From Heptranchias perlo (Eukaryota): a stretch of 64,000 nt of DNA. The first letter of the stretch is position 1. The number at the start of each line of letters is the position of its first letter. The notes under the pieces are model-generated. The model was not told where the DNA came from. It worked only from the letters and a program-made list of their open reading frames with translations, and made no database searches. Location of the stretch: contig NW_027138407.1 of assembly GCF_035084215.1 (NCBI RefSeq), forward strand, positions 1,612,001 through 1,676,000. The letters are read 5' to 3'. Below, one piece after another: positions 51,809 to 62,357 of this stretch. The position numbers and the translations under genes were made by a program.

Positions 51809-52477
51809 CCGGGTTAAATTTCTTGCACTAGGGCCCCCAGGAATCAGTACTGGGGCCTTAGCTTTTCATTAGATTTACAGTGGACTAAATTTGCTGACGA
51901 CACTAAGTTAGGAGGCACAGTAAATAGTGCAGATGGGAGCAGAAAGTTACAAAGGGACATTGAGAGATTAAGTGGGGCAGATGGAGTTCAGTGTGGGAAA
52001 GTGTGAGGTCGTCCACTTTGGACCTAAGAAAGATCGATCAGGGTATATCCTAAATGGCGAGAAGCTCAGAACTGTGGAGGAGCAGAGAGATTCAGGGGTC
52101 CAAGTACAGAAATCAGTAAAAGCCAGTGGACAGAGACAAAAAATAATTCAAAAAGCGAATGGAATGTTGGCCTTTATCTCAGAGGGCTGGAATACAAAGG
52201 GTGGAAATTATGGACAGAGCTCTGGTTAGACCCCATCTGGAGCACGGTGTTCAGTTCTGGGCACCGCACCTCAGGAAGGAGATATTGGCCTTGGAGGGGG
52301 TGCAGGACAGATTCACCAGAATAACACCAGGGCTAAAAGGGTTAAATTATGAGGACAGGTTGCACAGACTCGGCTTGTAATCCCTTGACTATAGAAGATT
52401 AATGAATGATCCAATTGAGATGTTTAAGATGATTAAAGGAGCTGATTGGGTAGATGGAGAGAAACTATTTCCCCTGT

Positions 52478-55400
52478 TTTTTTTTATTCGTTCATGGGAT
52501 GTGGGCGTCGCTGGCGAGGCCGGCATTTATTGCCCATCCCTAATTGCCCCTTGAGAAGGTGGTGGTGAGCCGCCTTCTTGAACCGCTGCAGTCCGTGTGG
52601 TGAAGGTTCTCCCACAGTGCTGTTAGGAAGGGAGTTCCAGGATTTTGACCCAGTGACGATGAAGGAATGGCTGATATATTTCCAAGTCGGGATGGTGTGT
52701 GACTTGGAGGGTAACGTGCAGGTGGTGTTGTTCCCATGTGCCTGCTGCCCTCGTCCTTCTAGGTGGTAGAGGTCGTGGGTTTGGGAGGTGCCGTCAAAGA
52801 AGCCTTGACGAGTTGCTGCAGTGCATCCTGTGGATGGTACACACTGCAGCCACAGTGCGCCAGTGGTGAAGGGAGTGAATGTTTAGGGTGGTGGATGGGG
52901 TGCCAATCAAGCGGGCTGCTTTGTCCTGGATGGTGTCGAGCTTCTTGAGTGTTGTTGGAGCTGCACTCATCCTGGCAAGTGGAGTGTATTCCATTACATT
53001 CCTGACTTGTGCCTTGTAGATGGTGGAAAGGCTTTGGGGAGTCAGGAGGTGAGTCACTCGCTGCAGAATACCCAGCCTCTGACCTGCTCTTGTAGCCACA
53101 GTATTTATATGGCTGGTCCAGTTAAGGTTCTGGTCAATGGTAACCCCCAGGATATTGATGGTGGGGGATTCGACGATGGTAATGCCGTTGAATGTCAAGG
53201 GGAGGTGGTTAGACTCTCTCCTGTTCGAGATGGTCATTGCCTGGCACTTGTCTGGCGCGAATGTTACTTGCCACTTATCAGTCCAAGCCTGGATGTTGTC
53301 CAGGTCTTGCTGCATGCGGGCTCGGACTGCTTCATTACCTGAGGGGTTGTGAATGGAACTGAACACTGTGCAATCGTCAGTGAACGTCCTCATTTCTGAC
53401 CTTATGATAGAGGGAAGGTCATTGATGAAGCAGCTGAAAATGTTTGGGCCTAGGACACTGCCCTGAGGAACTCCTGCAGCAATGTCCTGGGGCTGAGATG
53501 ATTGGCCTCCAACAACCACTACCATCTTCCTTTGTGCTAGGTATGACTCCAGCCACTGGAGAGTTTTCCCCCTGATTCCCATTGACTTCAATTTTACTCG
53601 GGCTCCTTGGTGCCACACTCGGTCAAATGCTGCCTTGATGTCAAGGGCAGTCACTCTCACCTCACCTCTGGAATTCAGCTCTTTTGTCCATGTTTGGACC
53701 AGGGCTGTAATGAGGTCTGGGGCCGAGTGGTCCTGGCGGAACCCAAACTGAACACCGGTGAGCAGGTTATTGGTGAGTAAGTGCTGCTTGATAGCACTGT
53801 CGACGACACCTTCCATCACTTTGCTGATGATTGAGAGTAGACTGATGGGGCGGTAATTGGCCGGATTGGATTTGTCCTGCTTTTTGTGGACAGGATATAC
53901 CTGGGCAATTTTCCACATTGTCGGGTAGATGCCAGTGTTGTAGCTGTACTGGAACAGTTTGGCGAGAGGCACAGCTAGTTCTGGAGCACAAGTCTTCAGC
54001 ACTACAGCTGGGATGTTGTTAGGGCCCATAGCCTTTGCTGTATCCAGTGCACTCAGCCGTTTCTTGATATCACGTGGAGTGAATCGAATTGGCTGAAGAC
54101 TGGCTTCTGTGATGGTGGGGATATCGGGAGGAGGCCGAGATGGATCATCCACTCGGCATTTCTGGCTGAAGATGGTTGCAAACACTTCAGCCTTGTCTTT
54201 TGCACTCACGTGCTGGACTCCGCCATCATTGAGGATGGGGATGTTTACAGAGCCTCCTCCTCCCATTAGTTGTTTAACTGTCCACCACCATTCACGACTG
54301 GATGTGGCAGAAGTGCAGAGCTTTGTTTGTGGAATCGCTTAGCTCTGTCTATAGCATGTTGCTTCCGCTGTTTAGCATGCATGTAGTCCTGAGTTGTAGC
54401 TTCACCAGGTTGGCACCTCATTTTTAGGTACGCCTGGTGCTGCTCCTGGCATGCTCTTCTACATTCCTTATTGAACCAGGGTTGATCCCCCTGGCTTGTT
54501 GGTAATGGTTGAGTGAGGAATATGCCGGGCCATGAGGTTACAGATTGTGCTGGAATACAATTCTGCTGCTGCTGATGGCCCACAGCACCTCCTGATGGCC
54601 CACAGCACCTCCTGGAGGCCCAGTTTTGAGCTGCTAGATCTGTTCTGAATCTATCCCATTTAGCACGGTGGTAGTGCCACACAACACGTTGGATGGTGTC
54701 CTCAGTGTCGAAGACAGGATTTCATCTCCATGAGGACTGTGCGGTGGTCACTCCTACCAATACTGTCATGGACAGATGCATTTGCGACAGGTAGATTGGT
54801 GAGGACGAGGTCAAGTCAGTTTTTCCCTCACCACCTGCCGCAGGCCCAGTCTGGCAGCTATGTCCTTCAGGACTCGGCCAGTAGTGGTGCTACTGAGCCA
54901 CTCTTGGTGATGGACATTGAAGTCCCCCACCCAGAGTACATTTTGTGCCCTTGCTACCCTCAGTGCTTCCTCCAAGTGGTGCTCAACATGGAGGAGGACT
55001 GATTCATCAGCTGAGGGAGGGCGGTAGGTGGGAATCAGCAGGAGGTTTCCTTGCCCATGTTTGAGCTGATGCCTTGAGATCTGGAGTCAATGTGTCGGAC
55101 TCCCAGGGCCACTCCCTCCTGACTGTATATCACTGTACCGCCACCTCTGGTGGGTCTGTCCCGCCAGTGGGACAGGACGGTAATGGAAGAGTCTGGGACG
55201 TTGGCTGAAAGGTACGATTCTGTGAGTGTGGCTGTGTCAGGCTGTTGCTTGACTAGTCTGTGGGACAGCTCTCCCAATTTTGGCACAGGTCCCCAGATGT
55301 TCGCGAGGAGGACTTTGCAGGGTCGACTGGGCTTGGCTTGCCTTTGTTGTGTCCGGTGCCTAGTGGTCTGTCTGGTTTTATTCTTATCATGACTTTTTTT

Positions 55401-55706
55401 AAGTGAGATTTTACAACTGGAGTGGCTTGCTGGACCATTTCAGAATCAACCACATTGCTGTGGGTCTGGAGTCACATCTCGGACTCCTTCCACGAAAGGG
55501 ACATTAATGAACCAGATGGGTTTTTACGACAATCCGGTCGTTTCATGGCTACCATTACTGATACTCGTATTTTAATTCCAGATTTTATTTAATTAATTAA
55601 ATTTAAATTCCCTAGCTGCCATGGTGGAATTAGAACTCATAATTCTGGATTATTGGTTCAGGCCTCTGGATTACTAGTTCAGTAACATAACCACTATGCT
55701 ACCGTA
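52478..55706 (-). mobile_element. Full-length LINE family A with tRNA-like Pol III head and one degraded EN-RT ORF
   Basis: Poly(A) at 52478; RT ORF 52794-54266; EN remnants 54730-55300; A-box 55691-55701 and B-box 55626-55638; TSD ccctgt at 52472-52477 and 55707-55712. Confidence 0.92.
55626..55701 (-). promoter_or_regulatory. Internal Pol III type-2 promoter (A box TAGCATAGTGG, B-box-like GAGTTCTAATTCC)
   Basis: A box fits TRGCNNAGYGG a few nt from the element's 5' end; B box resembles GGTTCRANNCC, 52 nt downstream. Confidence 0.7.
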
Positions 55707-56074
55707 CCCTGTGGGGGGAATCCAGAACAAGGGGGCAGAACCTTAAACTTAGAGCCAGGCCGTTCAGGGGTGAAGTCAGGAATCACTTCTTCACACAAAG
55801 GGGAGTGGAAATCTGGAACTCTCTCCCCACAAAAAGCTGTTGAGGCTGGGGGTCAATTGAAAATTTCAGTACTGAGATTGATCGATATTTGTCAGGCGAG
55901 GGTATTGAGGGTTACGGAACCGAGGCGGGTAGATGGAGTTAAGATACAGATCAGCCATGATCTAATTGAATGACGGAACAGACTCGAGGGGCTGAATGGC
56001 CTACTCTTGTTCCTATGTTTTTCTGTTTCTATCTATCTATCGATCTGTCTAATTATCTATTTATACCTGCATTT

Positions 56075-56474
56075 CTCCTCCCTCCGTTCGTTGTGGATGC
56101 GATTTCTGATGCAAATCTCAATGTAACTCCAGCATTGTTGGGATGGGTGATACATTGTCCACTCACCTCTGGGACCTTGGATCAAATCCAGCCCCAGACA
56201 GAGGGGGGTGAAGGTCTCCTCTCACTGATGGCGGACTGGGTGGGGCATTCGTTCACCCTCTGTAATTACAGAGTGGCTGATTTACATAGACCAGGTGTCA
56301 GGACACACTGGGATTTCCAACTCCTGACCCACTCCCCCCCAGACCCTGGTCCCCAGTCCCACCCTGCAGTAGACCAGGTATCAGTACACACTGAGATTTC
56401 CATCTCTTGACCCACTCCCCCCCCTCCCCCCCAGACCCTGGTCCCCAGTCCCACCCTGCAGTAGATCAGGTGTC
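56075..56474 (-). repeat. Diverged inverted paralog of the 5085-6650 region with a single 104-bp monomer
   Basis: ctcaatgtaactccagcattgttgggatgggtg matches the reverse complement of 6577-6610; then one monomer, then ccctggtccccagtcccaccctgcagtagatcagg (reverse complement of ~5090-5124). Confidence 0.8.
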
Positions 56475-56478
56475 AGAA

Positions 56479-57137
56479 TGACGATACCGGATTCTTTACT
56501 CTTAGTCTGGTTCAGCAAAAACTGAAAGCGAATACACTTGAAAGTTTTAACACAATTTATTAGCTGCAGCTGACCCTATCTATAGAATTGATTTCAACTC
56601 TTGACAGAGTCTGGTCAATCTCATAGAACAGGCAAATTACACAGTCAAAGTTCACACAATTATACATTTTCAGAGTGGGGAGGGACATGAGTAGCAAGGG
56701 GTTAAAACCAATCATAAACTGAGTCTGGGCAAGCCATACTAACTGACATAATGACCGACCACTCACAGGTGATACATGTTCATACGTAGGTCACAGGAAA
56801 GGGAGTCTCACTTATCTCAGGCCTGGGATGTTTTTCGACCTTGTCCGAAATAAGGATCCATTCATTAGGTAGCTGCAAAACAACACTCCCTACACCTGCT
56901 TACCTCAGAATTCAGCTTATCATATCGCTTTGCTTGATTCATAATAAAGCATACATTTTCATACAGGAAATTAATAACATAAACGAATGATCAAGGATAA
57001 ACTCATTTGAAAAGCTCATTGTTCTAATTCTAGCTAGCAAAATGGGCCACTTATATTAACCCTTGGTTTACCATACTGCCATTTTGTTATGGAGGCATCT
57101 TATTGAGCTACTGAAAGCTTACTACATATGCATTTCA
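56479..57137 (-). mobile_element. Putative solo LTR (659 bp)
   Basis: TG...CA termini; 4-bp TSD agaa/agta interrupting gtgtcagtacacactgag; minus-strand AATAAA at 56556-56561 with a TATA-like tataga upstream. Confidence 0.65.
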
Positions 57138-57286
57138 AGTACACACTGAGATTTCCATACCCTGAAAGTGACACTGAGCTTTTTCCACATTCTCAGCACG
57201 AACTGCAAACAGAGATAGGTTTCTATCCAAAGTCACTCATTGTCCTTCTGTCTCCTTTCTTGTTATTGCCTTTTGGGATTGAACAT
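57138..57286 (-). repeat. Inverted copy of 4937-5085 (same local repeat also at 47339-47495 and 48635-49070)
   Basis: cactgagatttccataccctgaa...ctatccaaagtcactcattgtcc...gggattgaacat is the reverse complement of the unit sequence. Confidence 0.85.
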
Positions 57287-57521
57287 NNNNNNNNNNNNNN
57301 NNNNNNNNNNNNNNNNNNNNNNNNNNNNNNNNNNNNNNNNNNNNNNNNNNNNNNNNNNNNNNNNNNNNNNNNNNNNNNNNNNNNNNNNNNNNNNNNNNNN
57401 NNNNNNNNNNNNNNNNNNNNNNNNNNNNNNNNNNNNNNNNNNNNNNNNNNNNNNNNNNNNNNNNNNNNNNNNNNNNNNNNNNNNNNNNNNNNNNNNNNNN
57501 NNNNNNNNNNNNNNNNNNNNN

Positions 57522-58715
57522 ATAAGGGTAACGCAGTAGATGTGATATATTTGGATTTTCAAAATGCCTTCGATAAGGTACCACATTGTAGACTCATGAC
57601 TAAGGTCAGAGCACGTGGAGCCAGGGGGACAGGTAGCAGAATGGATAGCAAGCTGGCTACAAAACAGAAAACAGAGAATAGGGGTTAAGGGTAGTCGCTC
57701 AGTTTGGCAAAAGGTGGGAAGTGGTGTTCCACAGGGATTGGTGCTGGGACCACTGTTGTTCACAATTTACAACAACGGATTTGGGAATCAGAAGTACAAT
57801 TTCAAAATTTGCGGACAACACCAAATTGGGGGGTGTAGTTAATACAGAGGAAGAGTGTATCAAAATGCAAGAGGGCATTAATAAACTTGCAGAATGGGAG
57901 TGTAATTGATAAATGAATTTCAATATAGATAAATGTGAGGAGGGGCATTTTGGTAGGAAGAATAAGGAAGTCACAAACTGCTTGGATAATAAGAGTCTAA
58001 ACAGGATAGGGGAGCAAACAGGTTTAGGGGGTACAGATACACAAATCACTAAAAGTAGCGACGCAGGTTAATAAGGCCATAAAAAAGGCAAACAAAACAC
58101 TGGGGTTCATTTCTGGAGGGATAGAATTGAAAAGCAGAGATGTTATGTTAAACTTGTACAGAACCTTGGTTAGACCACACTTGGAGCACTGTGAACAGTT
58201 CTGGTGTCCATTATTATAAAAAGGATATAGAGGCACTGGAGAAGGTGCAAAAAAGATTCACAAGGATGATACCAGAACTGAGAGGATATCCTTATCAGGA
58301 AAGGCTGAACAGGCTGGGGCTCTTTTCTCCAGAAAAGAGAAGGCTGAGGGAGTGACCTGATCGAGGTCTTTAAGATTATGAAAGGGTTCGATAGGGTAGA
58401 CGTAGAGGAGATGTTTCCACTTGTGGGGGAGTCCAAAACTAGAGGTCATGAGCATAAAATAGTCAGTAATAAATCCAATCGGGAATTCAGGAGACACTTC
58501 TTTCCCCAGAGAGCGGTGAGAATGTGGAACTCGCTCCCACAAGGAGTAGTCGAGGTGAATAGTGGAGATGGATTTAAGGGGAAGCTCGATAAACACAGGA
58601 GGGAGAAAGGAATAGAAGGAGATGCTGAGATGAAGTAGGGAGGGAGGAGGCTCGTGTGGAGCATAAACACCGGCACGGACTAGATGGGCCGAATGGCCTG
58701 TTTCTGTGCTGTAGT
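57522..58715 (+). mobile_element. CR1-type LINE, RT half to 3' end, degenerate
   Basis: VDVIYLDFQNAFDKVPH, GVPQGLVLGP, KFADNTKLGG, WNSLPQ; tail gatgggccgaatggcctgtttctgtgctgt. Confidence 0.9.
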
Positions 58716-59118
58716 TTCGATTAACTTGATGCATCGAACTATCGATCGATCTCTATGTGTCTGTAACCCTGCAGTGCTGCCTCAGTAACACCAGGTGGCA
58801 ATGGTGTACCTAGGTCTGATGCAGCAAGTTGACAAACTGAAGGAAAAAGTTAAGCCTGGTAATCAGGGTGCCCCACATTTAACCCTTTCATTGTTACTCC
58901 CAACTCAAGTCCCATCGTCCCCCGAAGGCGCTGACTCGTGCAGGGGTGTGGTATCGTCAGGACTCCCTGTCACCCTCTTGCCTCTGCTATCCCAAGTGGC
59001 CCCGTTCTTTATGTGTGAACCCAGACAGTGTGTCAGAGGGACATTCGAGCATGAGGGGCATCACAGACGAGCCTCGATCCTGTCCTCCCATGACCTCGAC
59101 GCCTTTGCCAGCAGGAGA

Positions 59119-62050
59119 CCACACCTGTCAATCACTCTCCCACACCTGTCAATCACTCTCCCACACCTGTCAATCACTCTCCCACACCTGTCAATCACTC
59201 CCCCACACCTGTCAATCCCTCCCACACCTGTCAATCACACACCCCCACATCTGTCAATCACTCCCCCACACCTGTCAATCACTCTCCCACACCTGTCAAT
59301 CCCTCCCCCCCACCTGTCAATCACTCCCCCACACCTGTCAATCACTCCCCACACCTGTCAATCACTCCCCCACACCTGTCAATCCCTCCCACACCTGTCA
59401 ATCCCTCCCCCACACCTGTCAATCACTCCCCCACACCTGTCAATCACTCCCCACACCTGTCAATCACTTCCCACACCTGTCAATCCCTCCCCCACACCTG
59501 TCAATCACGACCCCACACCTGTCAATCCCTCCCACACCTGTCAATCACTCGCCACACCTGTCAATCACTCCCCCACACCTGTCAATCACGCCCCCACGCC
59601 TGTCAATCACTCCCCACACCTGTCAATCACTCCCCACACCTGTCAATCACTCCCCACACCTGTCAATCACTACCCCACACCTGTCAATCACTCTCCCACA
59701 CCTGTCAATCACTTCCCACACCTGTCAATCACTCCCCCACAACTGTCAATCACTCCTCCACACCTGTCAATCACTCTCCCACACCTGTCAATCACTTCCC
59801 ACAACTGTCAATCACTCCCCCACACCTGTCAATCACTCCCCCACCTGCCAATCACTCCCCCACACCTGTCAATCACTCCCTCACCTGTCTATCACTCCCT
59901 CACCTGTCAATCACTTCCCACACCTGTCAATCACTTCCCACACCTGTCAATCACTCCCACACACCTGTCAATCACTCCGCCACACATGTCAATCACTCCC
60001 TCACCTGTCAATCACTCCCTCACCTGTCAATCACTCCCCCACCTGTCAATCACTTCCCACACCTGTCAATCACTCCCTCACCTGTCAATCACTCCCTCAC
60101 CTGTCAATCACTCCCCCACACCTGTCAATCACTCCCCCACCTGTCAATCACTCCCTCACCTGTCAATCACTTCCCACACCTGTCAATCACTCCCTCACCT
60201 GTTAATCACTCCCACACACCTGTCAATCACTCCCCCACACCTGTCAATCACTCCCACACACCTGTCAATCACTCCCTCACCTGTCAATCACTCCCCCACC
60301 TGTCAATCACTCCCCCACCTGTCAATCACTCCCTCACCTGTCAATCACTCCCACACCTGTCAATCACTCCCCCACACCTGTCAATCATTCCCCACCTGTC
60401 AATCACTCCCACACCTGTCAATCACTCCCTCACCTGTCAATCACTCCCACACACCTGTCAATCACTTCCCACACCTGTCAATCACTCCCCCACCTGTCAA
60501 TCACTTCCCACACCTGGCAATCACTCCCTCACCTGTCAATCAATCCCCCACACCTGTCAATCACTTCCCACACCTGTCAATCACTTCCCACACATGTCAA
60601 TCACTTCCCACACCTGGCAATCATTCCCTCACCTGTCAATCACTTCCCACACCTGTCAATCACTCCCCCACACCTGTCAATCACTCCCTCACCTGTCAAT
60701 CACTCCCCCACACCTGTCAATCACTTCCCACACCTGTCAATCACTTCCCACACCTGTCAATCACTCCCTCACCTGTCAATCACTCCCTCAACTGTCAATC
60801 ACTTCCCACACCTGTCAATCACTCCCCCACCTGTCAATCACTCCCTCACCTGTCAATCACTTCCCACACCTGTCAATCACTCCCACACCTGTCAATCACT
60901 CCCCCACCTGTCAATCACTCCCACACCTGTCAATCACTTCCCACACCTGTCAATCACTCCCTCACCTGTCAATCACTTCCCACACCTGTCAATCACTGCC
61001 CCACACCTGTCAATCACTCCCCCACCTGTCAATCACTCCCTCACCTGTCAATCACTTCCCACACCTGTCAATCACTTCCCACACCTGTCAATCACTCCCT
61101 CACCTGTCAATCACTCCATCACCTGTCAATCACTCCCACACCTGTCAATCACTCCCACACACCTGTCAATCACTTCCCACACCTGTCAATCACTCCCCCA
61201 CCTGTCAATCACTTCCCACACCTGGCAATCACTCCCTCACCTGTCAATCACTCCCCCACACCTGTCAATCACTTCCCACACCTGTCAATCACTTCCCACA
61301 CCTGTCAAATCACTTCCCACACCTGGCAATCACTCCCTCACCTGTCAATCACTTCCCACACCTGTCAATCACTCCCCCACACCTGTCAATCACTCCCTCA
61401 CCTGTCTATCACTCCCTCACCTGTCAATCACTCCCCACACCTGTCAATCACTTCCCACACCTGTCAATCACTTCCCACACCTGTCAATCACTCCCTCACC
61501 TGTCAATCCCTCCCTCAACTGTCAATCACTTCCACACCTGTCAATCACTCCCCCACCTGTCAATCACTCCCTCACCTGTCAATCACTTCCACACCTGTCA
61601 ATCACTCCCACACCTGTCAATCACTCCCCCACCTGTCAATCACTCCCACACCTGTCAATCACTTCCCACACCTGTCAATCACTCCCTCACCTGTCAATCA
61701 CTTCCCACACCTGTCAATCACTTCCCACACCTGTCAATCACTGCCCCACACCTGTCAATCACTCCCCCACCTGTCAATCACTCCCCCACCTGTCAATCAC
61801 TTCCCACACCTGTCAATCACTCCCTCACCTGTCAATCACTCCCCCACCTGTCAATCACTCCCTCACCTGTCAATCACTTCCCACACCTGTCAATCACTCC
61901 CTCACCTGTCAATCACTCCCACACCTGTCAATCACTTCCCTCACCTGTCAATCACTCCCTCACCTGTCAATCACTTCCCACACCTGTCAATCACTCCCCC
62001 ACCTGTCAATCACTCCCTCACCTGTCAATCACTCCCTCACCTGTCAATCA
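59119..62050. repeat. ~20-22 bp minisatellite (cacacctgtcaatcactccc), roughly 140 units
   Basis: Near-invariant core cacctgtcaatcac with a variable C-rich spacer. Confidence 0.97.
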
Positions 62051-62227
62051 CAGCTGGTTGCCATGACTTGCAATTCTCGCTCAATCCCCGCCCCCTCCAG
62101 CGGTCACCACGCCCCCAGGAGCACGTGCTCCTAGTCCCCGTTTCCCATTGGCCCGGGCCCGGCCTATCAGTGGGCGCGCTCGTTCGGGCCGCGTCATCAA
62201 GGCGGAAGCGGCAGGTGAGAAAAGGGG
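62051..62227 (+). promoter_or_regulatory. CpG-rich promoter and probable non-coding first exon ending in a splice donor
   Basis: RFX-like GTTGCCATGAC 62057, GC box CCCCGCCCCC 62086, CCACGCCCC 62107, palindromic E-box aggagCACGTGctcct 62117-62132, ATTGG 62147, ETS CGGAAG 62203, donor CAG|GTGAGA 62214/62215. Confidence 0.7.
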
Positions 62228-62357
62228 NNNNNNNNNNNNNNNNNNNNNNNNNNNNNNNNNNNNNNNNNNNNNNNNNNNNNNNNNNNNNNNNNNNNNNNNN
62301 NNNNNNNNNNNNNNNNNNNNNNNNNNNNNNNNNNNNNNNNNNNNNNNNNNNNNNNNN

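Larger units (their letters stand above)
51830..56017 (+). mobile_element. CR1-type LINE host (51830-52477 and 55707-56017) split by the family A insertion
   Basis: KFADDTKLGG remnant; gagaaactatttcccctgt continues as gggggaatccagaacaagggggc after the insert. Confidence 0.85.

Noticed and set aside
55626-55706. Functional tRNA gene
   Set aside because: A and B boxes are present, but I could not form a cloverleaf, there is no T-run terminator, and it lies within a TSD-bounded retroelement
58920-59095. Possible SINE body fragment on the minus strand
   Set aside because: Only a vague resemblance from memory; no head, tail or TSD could be identified
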